Virus record (IMG/VR): IMGVR_UViG_3300049893_002526
Reading direction: 5' to 3' (one strand)
Length of the DNA: 23,550 bases
Source of the DNA: an uncultured virus (IMG/VR IMGVR_UViG_3300049893_002526)
Taxonomy: Duplodnaviria > Heunggongvirae > Uroviricota > Caudoviricetes
Shown here one piece after another: positions 1 through 9,102 of the stretch. Position 1 is the first letter of the stretch; every line of letters starts with the position of its first letter. The translations under genes were made by a program, and so were the position numbers. A model generated the notes under the pieces. That model was given only the letters and a program-made list of their open reading frames with translations, had not been told where the DNA came from and did no database searches.

Positions 1-443
1 ATCTTGGCACCGTCAGCACCGGTCATGGGATCCCGCTCGTTAAAGGAGCGAGTCTCGAACTTAGTGGTCGTAACCACAGTTCCTACGTTGATCCTGTTGT
101 TGTACAGGTTCTGGAAGTAGGAGATGAAGTTCTTCTGCGAGGACTTGCCGCTGATGATGCTGGTCGTGACGCAGCGTGGAGGCAAGAGGCGATGCTTCGG
201 AGAGACGCCGATATACGCAATGCGGAGAAACTCTTCGCCTTGGCGCATCCCAAGATTTCCGTAGAAGGGGCTGAAGCCCAACAGGATGAACTCGATGGGG
301 ATGCCGTTGTCGTTTCGGTCGACGATTGCGGAGTCGGGGTCGACGTCGGATTTCCAACGACGAGCTTGAAGATCAATACGGAGTGTGTGCGGAGGTATGT
401 TGCACAGGATTTCCGATTCGGAAAATTCGCCAGCGATGTACAT
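1..443 (-). CDS. Hypothetical phage protein, 3'-truncated at the window edge (MYIAGEFSESEILCNIPPHTLRIDLQARRWKS...)
   Basis: Manually translated: ATG at 443, open to position 1 (147+ codons). Absent from the ORF track because it has no stop. Collinear with the SSB gene. Confidence 0.85.
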   Translation of the reverse strand, partial: MYIAGEFSESEILCNIPPHTLRIDLQARRWKSDVDPDSAIVDRNDNGIPIEFILLGFSPFYGNLGMRQGEEFLRIAYIGVSPKHRLLPPRCVTTSIISGKSSQKNFISYFQNLYNNRINVGTVVTTTKFETRSFNERDPMTGADGAK

Positions 444-463
444 CAGTTAGTAAGCGGAGGAGA

Positions 464-1108
464 TCAGAGCGAGAAATCAATAGATCCAAGGGCTGCGGCA
501 GCGACCTTACCCTTCTCAGGATCGGCAGCCTTGGTGGGCGCCTTACGGGTCGACTTCGGAAGATAGAGAACTTTGTCCAGGTTGTAGTTCAGATAGTTCT
601 TGTCGTCTTTTTCTGAGGTTGACACACGACCAACCGCGATGGTTGGTGTGCCCGGTGCAAGTTCAGAAAGTTGCTTGCTCAGCTCGTTCCACGCTGTGAT
701 TTTGAACCACTGAGTTTCGCTATCTTCGGCTTGCCATGCCAGAGACCGATTGGTGACGGTCGAATCTCCGAGCTCCACCTCATCGGCTTTAGGACCTAAA
801 CCACCCGTGGCGACGAAGAGATTGATCGCGAGCAGATCGCTGAAGTTCTCTTGTGTTACCACAAGCATGGGCTGCATCTGAAGCACGCCGTCGACGGTCG
901 CCCGTGTGGGACCCAGAGCCAGAACGGTCTGATCCTTTTCGAGTTTGCCCAGAAGCTTGCCTACGTAATGGTCTGACTTTTGGAGGAGTTGGACTTTGGT
1001 TGCAACTCGTTTGTCGTTGGAGGGCAGTGCTTCGGCGAGTACGTTGGTAGTGCCTTCGTCTGTCTGCGCCTCAGAGGTGACGCGCAATCCCAGAATGAAA
1101 ACGTTCAT
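464..1108 (-). CDS. ssb: Single-stranded DNA-binding protein, probably two tandem OB folds
   Basis: The C-half has the SSB pattern ETQWFKITAWNELSKQLSELAPGTPTIAVGRVST. The N-half has a parallel pattern (KLEKDQTVLALGP). A flexible K/A/P tail ends in DFSL. Replication-gene context. Confidence 0.75.
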   Translation of the reverse strand: MNVFILGLRVTSEAQTDEGTTNVLAEALPSNDKRVATKVQLLQKSDHYVGKLLGKLEKDQTVLALGPTRATVDGVLQMQPMLVVTQENFSDLLAINLFVATGGLGPKADEVELGDSTVTNRSLAWQAEDSETQWFKITAWNELSKQLSELAPGTPTIAVGRVSTSEKDDKNYLNYNLDKVLYLPKSTRKAPTKAADPEKGKVAAAALGSIDFSL

Positions 1109-1631
1109 CCTTGAGCTTCCTGTAAATCGTTGAGCGGTTGACGTTGAGTGCCTTGGCGATCTGACAAGCAGAAGCGCCTTGGCTATGGAAGGCTAACAGC
1201 ATTTGTATGTCGCCGCTACTGAGTTTCGCGTTTTTCTCACCGTGATACTCAAAGTGATACGGGTTTATACAGAGAGGGTTTCCGCAGCGTGGCTTGGGCA
1301 CCGCCCCGTCTCTAGGGATATCTAGATATTTAAGTATTGCTGTTCTTACGTAATATCTTTTACTTAATGCGTAGAAACATGGACTGCCGTTAGTTACCGA
1401 ACCGTCCCACAGATCGCAGTCATTATGATTGAACTCGTTTAGAGCTAGACGTTCGAAAAGATTTGAAACGAGAGTCGACTTGGACTTGGTGTACGTTATC
1501 TGATACCTGTCGCAATCTAAAGCCCTGCTTATGTCGAGCGCCTGACCCTGAGCGTGGGCCGTGTCGGCCGCAACGATAGGCAGGGCTAAAGATTTATTTC
1601 TGTGTTCAAATAATATGTTGTGATGCTCCAA
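1071..1631 (-). CDS. HNH-like (His-Cys zinc loop) domain plus C-terminal helix-turn-helix; nuclease site looks degenerate
   Basis: CDLWDG...RCGNPLCINPYHF resembles the phage HNH pattern CW.W.G...H.C.N..C.NP.HL. SACQIAKALNVNRSTIYRKL is a typical HTH. Confidence 0.7.
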   Translation of the reverse strand: MEHHNILFEHRNKSLALPIVAADTAHAQGQALDISRALDCDRYQITYTKSKSTLVSNLFERLALNEFNHNDCDLWDGSVTNGSPCFYALSKRYYVRTAILKYLDIPRDGAVPKPRCGNPLCINPYHFEYHGEKNAKLSSGDIQMLLAFHSQGASACQIAKALNVNRSTIYRKLKDERFHSGIARHL

Positions 1632-1632
1632 G

Positions 1633-2574
1633 TTATTTCTTCTTGTTTCCTGAAGCTGCTTGTTCGAGAGCTTGACGAGCTTGGTTTGAAAGCTCTATAT
1701 TACCTTTCTCCGCTTGGTTGAGCGCTCGCTGGGCAGCTTCGCGGTTATTACCGGGCGCAGCGATTAATGCCGCAGCTTCGTTGCGGTTTAAAGTTTCCCC
1801 CCGACCGCCGGCTGCCGCCAGGACGCCAATGTTCCCGGTGCTTTCCTGACGTTCTACGACGCGTTCGTACGCAGCTTGTGCGCCTGCGGGCGCAGATGCG
1901 CTGCTAGGAGATACGTAAGAACCGCGGTCCGTTGTGGATGCTACTTGACCTCCACCAGCTTGGCTAATCGTTGTCGGCCTCTGCGCTTTCGTTGTGGCCC
2001 AGGCAGGCATAAACCCGCCTTGAGTTTGAGTCGCCGTGGCCGGAGAAGAAGGAGCCTGTTCTTGAGTAGGAGTCTGCTGCGGGAATTCTTGAGGATAGTT
2101 GTAAGTGTAGTAGGTGTTATAAGTTTGTGTGTAAGACCGAGACGCTTCACCGCCGCCCGCGCTAGGAGCAGAAGCAGGAGCAGGTGTCTGCACTTGGGCA
2201 CCCGGAATCATGCTTGCCGTGGTGTAGTTACCCTCGCCTAAGCGGCCGCCACGAACACCTTTGTAATCTGTCGTCACCAGTTCGCGAACACCGCCAGGCA
2301 GCCCGGCCATGTAATCCCCAAACAGGGACGCCGTGGTCTCTTCCTTTTTTGTTTCGCCCGTGACGTCAGCAACAGGAGTAGGAGTCGGGGTAGTTTCGGT
2401 AGGTTTATCTACTTCTTCTAATCCTGTATCTGTTGTCTCGAACTTAAGAGCAGGGAACCGCTCTTTCAGGACATCCTGAATAGCCTTGATGTCTCCGGCT
2501 TGAACTGCCTGCGACATCGGACCGGCTTGAGTGTTGCCACTGATCCGAAATCCGTAGGAGGGAGTCGCGGTCAC
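1633..2574 (-). CDS. Hypothetical low-complexity T/A/Q/P-rich protein (313 aa)
   Basis: Long ORF with GTG start that tiles with its neighbours; no recognisable domain. Confidence 0.7.
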   Translation of the reverse strand: MTATPSYGFRISGNTQAGPMSQAVQAGDIKAIQDVLKERFPALKFETTDTGLEEVDKPTETTPTPTPVADVTGETKKEETTASLFGDYMAGLPGGVRELVTTDYKGVRGGRLGEGNYTTASMIPGAQVQTPAPASAPSAGGGEASRSYTQTYNTYYTYNYPQEFPQQTPTQEQAPSSPATATQTQGGFMPAWATTKAQRPTTISQAGGGQVASTTDRGSYVSPSSASAPAGAQAAYERVVERQESTGNIGVLAAAGGRGETLNRNEAAALIAAPGNNREAAQRALNQAEKGNIELSNQARQALEQAASGNKKK

Positions 2575-2610
2575 TAATCTGAACTCAATCTTAGTTACAG
2601 GATAGCAAAA

Positions 2611-3111
2611 TTACTCTGCTCTTTCAAAGTACCGCCGGAGTTGGTGTCCTTTTTTAACCACCATATCCAGCGTGTTTGATGTAAATAGAGCGTCTTCGTA
2701 CGTTTTAAATACTTGCGCGTTTCCTCGTTCACCACTATATTTCACTAAGGTCTTGTTAGCGATAGACTCGACCACGAACTTACCATCTGGGTTCATGATT
2801 ACCCAGACCTCGCGGTAACGTAAGTGAGTCTGAGTCGCCACCTCGGCTTCAGTAAAGAGCTTCTTTTTCTTTGGTACTTTAGAACGGATCTTGGGCGCTT
2901 CTAACTTTTTTAAGGTGTTAGCTGCGCTACCAATCTTATTCTGACGCTTAAGCGACCGAGCGTGGTTAGCCGCCTTTAATGGCGAATCGAATTCAGTCAG
3001 ACATACGAAGAAGTTATCTTCTCCTTCGATTACACCAAAGTATTTCCCGTTGTTTTTTAAAGTAAATACGTCTTTGACGTTGCCCTTGGGCACAGCAAGC
3101 AGCTCAGACAT
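2611..3111 (-). CDS. Hypothetical basic protein (166 aa)
   Basis: Fills the gap between the polymerase and the next gene; Lys-rich. Confidence 0.75.
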   Translation of the reverse strand: MSELLAVPKGNVKDVFTLKNNGKYFGVIEGEDNFFVCLTEFDSPLKAANHARSLKRQNKIGSAANTLKKLEAPKIRSKVPKKKKLFTEAEVATQTHLRYREVWVIMNPDGKFVVESIANKTLVKYSGERGNAQVFKTYEDALFTSNTLDMVVKKGHQLRRYFERAE

Positions 3112-3170
3112 AGAGTATTTTTGAAGTTTATCTAGGTTAGCAATTTAGCACACTTATGCTGAGTGTGAGC

Positions 3171-5069
3171 TTACTTAGCGCTCCAATCGTCTCCGATTCC
3201 AGCCTCAGCGACAAGTCGAGTCTTATTGAAGACGCTGTCACCCGCATCCACCATTATCTTCGACAGCTTGTGTTGCCACTCATCAGCCAGATCTTCACGA
3301 ACTTCTAAGACGATTTCGTCGTGTACTACGGCGACCAATCGTACATCTTCTCCGATTGAGGGGTTGAGCTCACCCAGAGCGACCTTTAAGATGTCTGCCC
3401 CGGAACCTTGAATCAAAGTGTTGGCGGCAATAGTCATTTTTGCGTCATCGTAACTGAGCAAACGACGCCTTCCCATTGCGGTTCTTGTGTAACACCAACC
3501 GTCTTGAACTAAGGCGCCACGCTCACGGTGCCACTGCCGCAGGCGTGGGTACGACGCGTGAAACTTTGCGTGCGTCACCTTGCTTTCCGACAAAGTCAAC
3601 ATCAATCCAAAAGATGCTGCTGCGTATGTTTTGAACTTAGAGTACCCAATTCCATAGATCATCCCGAAGTTTGCTCCTTTAGCCATCTGTCTCTGTTGCT
3701 TTGTAACTTCCGATATATCACAGTCGTTCATACGACTCGCCGTTAGTGTGTGTAGATCGATGTCTTGGTTATACGCCTCCTGCATTTCCGGTATATCTGC
3801 TAGCTCGGCAAGCAGCCGAAGCTCCATCTGCGAGTAGTCACAGATAACCAACTTGAATCCAGGGCTTGCAACAAAGCATTCCCTGAAATTTTTGGAGCGA
3901 GGGATCTGCTGGAGGTTGACCGCGTAGGTCTGTTTTCCAGATTTTTTCGTTGTTCTCTTTGCTCCGGTGCAGGTAAAGCGCCCGCTGTTAGCACCGAACT
4001 GATTGTAAAAGCTATGAATTCTGTTAGTAACAGGGTTGATGTTGTCAATCAGTTTGGTTATGTGCTCTAGCTTTGTTTCTGTTTTAACGCGTTGACGGAA
4101 CAAAGCTAGCGTGGGGTCGTCGCTGTTGAACTCGGACAGCGAGATTTGGCTGAGAGTCTGCTTTTTGGTTTCTAGGTCAAACGGCAGCTCAATTCCACAT
4201 GCGTTAAAAGCCTTACAACATTGGGCGCAGCTTGAGGGGTTGAACTCCTTCTTCGGTTTTTTACCGACGGCAATGTTGCCGTCTGCATCACGAGGGAGTT
4301 TGGCTTCTTCAGGCAAACGAGAATCCAACTCTTCGACAAACTCCTTAGTTTTAGCTTCCAGCTCCTTCCGTATTTCGCTTTCGAGATTCTTCAGCTTGGC
4401 TACATCCACGGCGAATCCCCTGTAGCACATCCACGCCACGGGGCGCACGGCTTTTGACTCCATGCTGTAAACGCCCATGAGGTCTTCCTCTTTGAGCTCT
4501 TCGATCTGTAGTGCTGCGACTTTGGGCAGCAGGTCTACATCGCGAGCTGCATATTCGATTTGTTCCAGGTCGAGCTCTGGTGCTCCCCAGTCAGAGACTT
4601 GCAGTTCCTTATCTATTTTCAGTTCCAATCGTCGTTCGAGAACGGCTTTTAAAGAACAAGAGACATCGGCGAAATAAGGCTTGTTCGCCTGCGGAGAGAT
4701 TCGTTTCTCCTTGAAACCCGCCCTGAGTACTCGTTCAGCAAGGTACGTATCGAAGACTTTCCCTTTGTAGTCGATACCTAAGCTGAATAGAAATTGAAAG
4801 TCAAAATTAGCATTATGAATCACCAGCAGTTCTCTTGTTTCTACGTACTGCCTCAGCTCATCATCGACCGGAACCTTGAACAGGTCGAAGACGTAAACAG
4901 TGCGATCCTCTAGGATTGGCGATGCGTCACAGAGCTGCAGCAAGCGACAACGAGCCAAAGAAGCCTGAAGCCCCGTGGTTTCTGTATCTAAACACAACTT
5001 GTTTATGCTTTTGAGTTCTTTCAGAGCTTGCTTGTACTGATCTGTTGTCTGAATGAATTTAACTTGCAT
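3171..5069 (-). CDS. polA: Family A DNA polymerase with 3'-5' exonuclease and no 5'-3' exonuclease
   Basis: ExoI LDTETTGL, ExoII HNANFDFQFL, ExoIII YAARDV; motif A CDYSQMELRLLA, motif B RQMAKGANFGMIYG, motif C VHDEIV. Confidence 0.97.
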   Translation of the reverse strand: MQVKFIQTTDQYKQALKELKSINKLCLDTETTGLQASLARCRLLQLCDASPILEDRTVYVFDLFKVPVDDELRQYVETRELLVIHNANFDFQFLFSLGIDYKGKVFDTYLAERVLRAGFKEKRISPQANKPYFADVSCSLKAVLERRLELKIDKELQVSDWGAPELDLEQIEYAARDVDLLPKVAALQIEELKEEDLMGVYSMESKAVRPVAWMCYRGFAVDVAKLKNLESEIRKELEAKTKEFVEELDSRLPEEAKLPRDADGNIAVGKKPKKEFNPSSCAQCCKAFNACGIELPFDLETKKQTLSQISLSEFNSDDPTLALFRQRVKTETKLEHITKLIDNINPVTNRIHSFYNQFGANSGRFTCTGAKRTTKKSGKQTYAVNLQQIPRSKNFRECFVASPGFKLVICDYSQMELRLLAELADIPEMQEAYNQDIDLHTLTASRMNDCDISEVTKQQRQMAKGANFGMIYGIGYSKFKTYAAASFGLMLTLSESKVTHAKFHASYPRLRQWHRERGALVQDGWCYTRTAMGRRRLLSYDDAKMTIAANTLIQGSGADILKVALGELNPSIGEDVRLVAVVHDEIVLEVREDLADEWQHKLSKIMVDAGDSVFNKTRLVAEAGIGDDWSAK

Positions 5070-5095
5070 AAAAGAAAGCCCCGCTTTCGCGAGGC
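5070..5095 (-). terminator. Rho-independent terminator immediately upstream of the polymerase ATG
   Basis: Minus strand GCCTCGC-GAAA-GCGGGGC (7 bp with one G-U, GNRA loop), then TTTCTTTT, then ATG. Confidence 0.75.
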
Positions 5096-5126
5096 TGAGC
5101 GGCGTTTGAGGAGTCTACCTGAGCTG

Positions 5127-5873
5127 TCAGCGCAGGCGTGTTTTGAAAGAATTCAAAATGAATTGATCTGCATCGCCCCAAAGCTCGATCATTTCCTTGC
5201 CCCGCTCGTTCAGTTGCATACTGTAGAAGGGGCGCAGCATGGCTTTCACTTGAGGGGTCTGATTCGCATCCCGGCTGCCGTGCGAGATGTTGCTACGACG
5301 CTCGACAAGGTCGTTCTTCAGAAGCCACTGGAGAGCATCACGTAGCGCGATGTACACGGGAGAGACGTGGAAAGTTTCGCGACGGTTAACGCCTGCTCGG
5401 AAATCCTTAGGCTCCCATGCTCCGTTTACGAGCTCGAACCCTTGGAACAGGATCGACTTGGGGCTCACCTCCAGGTTGTTTACCCAGTAGGTTGCGATCT
5501 GCCGGAGGGTCCACCAGGATCCGTTGCTCGTGGCGCTCAGAATCATCGCAGCGCCTACTGCCCACAGGCCGTTCGACTTGTGCAGGCTTTCCAGCAGTTG
5601 GTCTGCGGGGCGTTGGATAGACAGCACCTCGATCTGCTTGGCGGTTGCGATGGGTGCTTCTTGAGCATCGCTGACGGAGATTTTCCAAGCCAGGTTTGCC
5701 AGCTCAGGCGACTTCTTCTCTACAGAAAGCTTGAAAAGCTTGGCGCTGTCTACCTTGCGGAGGTTGAGAACTGATGCCAGTTCGATCTTGATGGGGGAGT
5801 TGGAGGTTGCTTCAGCAAGTGCTACAGCCTCGTCTTTGGTCAGATCCTTTCCTTTGAGTGTGTAGGTGAACAT
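5127..5873 (-). CDS. Hypothetical protein (248 aa), possibly with a winged-helix-like C-terminal half
   Basis: ORF track call; ATG at 5873 preferred over the upstream TTG. The wHTH guess rests on WWTLRQIA...LRDALQWLLKNDLVERR...MQLNERGKE. Confidence 0.7.
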   Translation of the reverse strand: MFTYTLKGKDLTKDEAVALAEATSNSPIKIELASVLNLRKVDSAKLFKLSVEKKSPELANLAWKISVSDAQEAPIATAKQIEVLSIQRPADQLLESLHKSNGLWAVGAAMILSATSNGSWWTLRQIATYWVNNLEVSPKSILFQGFELVNGAWEPKDFRAGVNRRETFHVSPVYIALRDALQWLLKNDLVERRSNISHGSRDANQTPQVKAMLRPFYSMQLNERGKEMIELWGDADQFILNSFKTRLR

Positions 5874-5898
5874 GAAAACCAAGGGGTTTGACAGGTAG

Positions 5899-5927
5899 AT
5901 AGTAGTGTCTTTTCACTGACTCTGCAA
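5899..5927 (-). promoter_or_regulatory. Sigma70-like promoter
   Basis: TTGCAG-17 bp-TACTAT in the intergenic gap upstream of 5873. Confidence 0.6.
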
Positions 5928-5946
5928 CCGTCCGTCTAAAGACTTT

Positions 5947-6177
5947 CTAAACCCACAACTCTGGCGGATCGTTATCCCGCTTCCTCGGCGCCTCCAATGG
6001 TAGCCAGGTGATGGTCTTGCCATCCGGACCTAAAGCCGAGATGTACAGCGTGTTGTTGTTCATCCAAAACTGTCCAAGGTCATGCGGCGTGGGACTCTCC
6101 GCGTGCTCTCTGACTCTCTGTGCAGTTTCATACTCAGCTATCAGGTCCTTGAAGATCTCCCCGGCGTCTGTCATCAT
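5947..6177 (-). CDS. Hypothetical protein (76 aa)
   Basis: ATGA overlap with the VWA gene stop codon. Confidence 0.7.
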   Translation of the reverse strand: MMTDAGEIFKDLIAEYETAQRVREHAESPTPHDLGQFWMNNNTLYISALGPDGKTITWLPLEAPRKRDNDPPELWV

Positions 6178-7721
6178 CGGATAGCTTTTTGAATAGCATC
6201 GACGACATTATTATCGTCCGAGGTATCTACGGTGTAGCTCTCGTCACTAAATGTCGCAACCACAGGGGGGAGATGCTTGGCTATGCAGAACGTCGTCCAC
6301 TGAGTTCCTGTAGATTCTTTGAACGCATTCAAGCGCTTGATGAACGCGTCGCTTACGGCTGATTCGCCGTCAGTGATCATCAGGACATCGCTGTTCTTAG
6401 TCAGCTCATCATTCTTCAGCGCGTGGTCGATCACGCTGTTGAAGCTCGTGCCTCCCCGCAGGAACCAGTCGCCCACAAAGTCAAGCAGTTTTGATGCGCT
6501 GGTTTTGTCCGGTTCGATCGTGACACTGTTCTGAATGAAGGTGTCAAACAGATTGATTTGAATCTTGCGGCGCTGCTTGAGGGCCTCTTCAGCGATGACG
6601 AAAGCAATCGCTTTAGACCAGATTTCGCTGTTGCCTGTCATTGACCCGGATACGTCGATGTACATCACGATCGGACCTTTGCCGAGATCTTTACGGTTGG
6701 CGGTGTAGTCTTTGGTAAGTAGTGTACGTTCAGAGTATTTGAGAGCAAATAATGCGCGGCCTTGCGGCGTAGCCGCTAGTGCAATCTCGCTCGGGAATGC
6801 CTGCGTTACGTTGTTGTCGAACTTAGCGCCGGTGATGTTCTCGTAGTTGCTCTTGGCTTTGCGGGCACGTTTGCGCTCAGCCCAGATCCGCCTGAGGGAT
6901 CCCAGCCGCGTGGCGATCTTCCGCAATGTCTGGTTACGGTTCAGTCGCTTGGCCAGAGCCTTCTTCTCTGCCAGTGTGCCTGACGATGCGCCCTGCCCTG
7001 CTGTATCTCCGAACATATTGTTCATCTGTTCCTGCAGCTCGTCGTTAGCTTTGTTCACGCTGTCGACGATCTTGCTGGCTTCAGCTCCTACCTGTTCTTT
7101 GGCATCCTGAATCGCATCATTGATCTTGTTAACAAGTTCCTTGGCCTGCTGTCGGATCTGTGCAGCTTTCTCGGTGTTTCCCTTGGCTGATTCCTTTTGG
7201 AATTGATCTCGTAGGTCCTGGAGCTCCTGTCCGCTCTTCGTCAGTAGCGCCACGTCGAACGTTTGCTCGGCGATAGCCTGCTCGATCGTTTCTGCGAGCT
7301 CGTTCAGCAGCATCACGGCGTTGTTACCTGATGCGAACTGATCGCCCACGCAGCGGTGGAGCAGCAGCGGCCAGCCTGCGGCGTTCGTCAGCTCATCCAT
7401 GATCGCGAACCAGATACCGTTCTCCGGCCTGTAGTTCTCGGGGAGTTTTGCTGGCAGCCCGTCGCATACCGAACGAAAGTAATCTTCAACGTCTTGTTCG
7501 CTGACAAGCCATTTGACTTGATCTTCGTTGTAGAGACGCTCGAAGATCTCTTTACCGAAGCGGCTGAGCTGAACAATTTCGTAGTTGTTGATCAGGTAGT
7601 TAACGCTGGGCTTTTGCTCGCGTACGAAGTCGTCCCACAGGAAATCAGCCAGTGCGCTGCAATAAAGGGTGAGTGGTTGGTTCTCAATGAGGCGAAGAAA
7701 TTCGCGGCGTGTCTGTGTCAC
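6174..7721 (-). CDS. VWA-domain protein, ViaA-like
   Basis: MIDAS motif KGPIVMYIDVSGSM...GGTSF...LMITDGE, central coiled coil, coupled to the AAA+ gene. Confidence 0.9.
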   Translation of the reverse strand: MTQTRREFLRLIENQPLTLYCSALADFLWDDFVREQKPSVNYLINNYEIVQLSRFGKEIFERLYNEDQVKWLVSEQDVEDYFRSVCDGLPAKLPENYRPENGIWFAIMDELTNAAGWPLLLHRCVGDQFASGNNAVMLLNELAETIEQAIAEQTFDVALLTKSGQELQDLRDQFQKESAKGNTEKAAQIRQQAKELVNKINDAIQDAKEQVGAEASKIVDSVNKANDELQEQMNNMFGDTAGQGASSGTLAEKKALAKRLNRNQTLRKIATRLGSLRRIWAERKRARKAKSNYENITGAKFDNNVTQAFPSEIALAATPQGRALFALKYSERTLLTKDYTANRKDLGKGPIVMYIDVSGSMTGNSEIWSKAIAFVIAEEALKQRRKIQINLFDTFIQNSVTIEPDKTSASKLLDFVGDWFLRGGTSFNSVIDHALKNDELTKNSDVLMITDGESAVSDAFIKRLNAFKESTGTQWTTFCIAKHLPPVVATFSDESYTVDTSDDNNVVDAIQKAIR

Positions 7722-8905
7722 TGTGCAATCTCCGAGATTTCGCGGGCGATAGAGTCTTGATTGTTCTGAAGCTGTTGAGTCAGTTTAACCCCACTCATGC
7801 GCTCGGATGCGCTCATCTTGATACGGTCGCTTGTTAGTAGCTCATCTACTTTGCTTTTGATTGTGTTGATGTCCTTGTGATACTTACGTAGCATCGCTAC
7901 ATACTCGTTTAATCCTTCCAAATTATTTGCACGGCTGCGGTGCACAGTGGATTGGAACTCAGCCATTACGCTGGCGCCTGCTCGTTTTGCATCGGCAAAC
8001 AGTTTTGCTGCCGTGGGAATCTCCTGCTCCAGCACCTCGCAAATAACCTGCTGATCGTCTGCGTTGGTGTAAACGATGTGCACGATGCTGTTGTGCATGT
8101 GTTCTGGGTGCAGAGTGTCGTCGCCCTGCACGACTGCCCAGGCGCGGAGGAATTTAAGGATCTGTACGCGACGACGGTCGCTGATCAAAACACCCCGCTG
8201 AGCCAACAGTTCCCACACACTGTTGAACTTATCTAAGAACTCGCCGGAGATTTTTACCTTCGCTGCTTCGTCTTGAAGAGCGCTCAGATCCTTCAGTGTG
8301 ATGTGCTCACCTACCTCCGGACGCTGCTCGATACCCAGAGCCCACTGATCCAGGATGCGCCTTGAGGTCGGTTTCTTGAGCGTGTGCACCGTCGGGCGGA
8401 ACAGGAAGCGGTCACTGAACGCCTGGAGTGATTCCTCTTCGGGCCAGCTGTTCGTGGCGGCGACGATGCTTTGCAGAGGAGTGATGATAGTTGTTTTGCC
8501 GTTGTTGAATGTCCGTTCGTTCAACAGGGTGAGCAGAGAGTTGAGGATGGCCGAGGAGCCACGGAACAGCTCATCGAGAAAGCCGACGTGTGCCGAAGGG
8601 AGATACCCGTCGACGTCGCGCTGATACTCATCCTGCAGCAGCTTAGTTACGGCTACAGGACCGAAAACTTCCGATGGATCGGTGGTCGGTGTCAGTAAAT
8701 AACCGAAGTAATTAACGCCGGTAATACCCTTACAGATGTTCCGAACAAGATCGGATTTACCTGTGCCAGGGGCACCCAACAGGAAGGCGTTTTGCTTAGC
8801 CAGGAGGCAGCTAAGCAGCCCGTCGATAACGTCAGTTCGTTCGAGCGTGGCAGCATTCAGAGCGCTACGAAAGTTTTGAAGCTTGGCAAAAAGAGTGTTG
8901 TTCAT
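7718..8905 (-). CDS. MoxR-family AAA+ ATPase, RavA-like
   Basis: Walker A GAPGTGKS, Walker B FLDELFRGSSAILNSLLTLLNER, AATN, FSDRF, ISDRR. Confidence 0.92.
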   Translation of the reverse strand: MNNTLFAKLQNFRSALNAATLERTDVIDGLLSCLLAKQNAFLLGAPGTGKSDLVRNICKGITGVNYFGYLLTPTTDPSEVFGPVAVTKLLQDEYQRDVDGYLPSAHVGFLDELFRGSSAILNSLLTLLNERTFNNGKTTIITPLQSIVAATNSWPEEESLQAFSDRFLFRPTVHTLKKPTSRRILDQWALGIEQRPEVGEHITLKDLSALQDEAAKVKISGEFLDKFNSVWELLAQRGVLISDRRRVQILKFLRAWAVVQGDDTLHPEHMHNSIVHIVYTNADDQQVICEVLEQEIPTAAKLFADAKRAGASVMAEFQSTVHRSRANNLEGLNEYVAMLRKYHKDINTIKSKVDELLTSDRIKMSASERMSGVKLTQQLQNNQDSIAREISEIAQ

Positions 8906-9102
8906 TTGATTGGTTTGGGGAATTGAACCTGGATAGGGCAGATGCTTAAGTCTTTAGCAAGTCGAGAGAAGGCGCGGCGAACACGCTCTGCCGCTGCGTC
9001 TAGATCTACGAATGAGATTGCTTGGAGGGGATCTGTTGTGAAGAAACCATCAGCCGTTAGATAACCCTGTGCTGTTTTGATTACGTAGAGAGTGCGAGTC
9101 AT
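8902..9102 (-). CDS. Hypothetical protein (66 aa)
   Basis: Overlapping start/stop codons with both neighbours. Confidence 0.7.
   Translation of the reverse strand: MTRTLYVIKTAQGYLTADGFFTTDPLQAISFVDLDAAAERVRRAFSRLAKDLSICPIQVQFPKPIK

Noticed and set aside
61..616. ORF-track calls 61-357, 83-376, 192-566 and 326-616
   Set aside because: They are shadows of the edge-truncated minus-strand CDS <1-443 and of ssb.
3148..3168. Hairpin CACACT/AGTGTG just after the polA stop as a terminator
   Set aside because: No U-tract follows on the minus strand; function cannot be supported.
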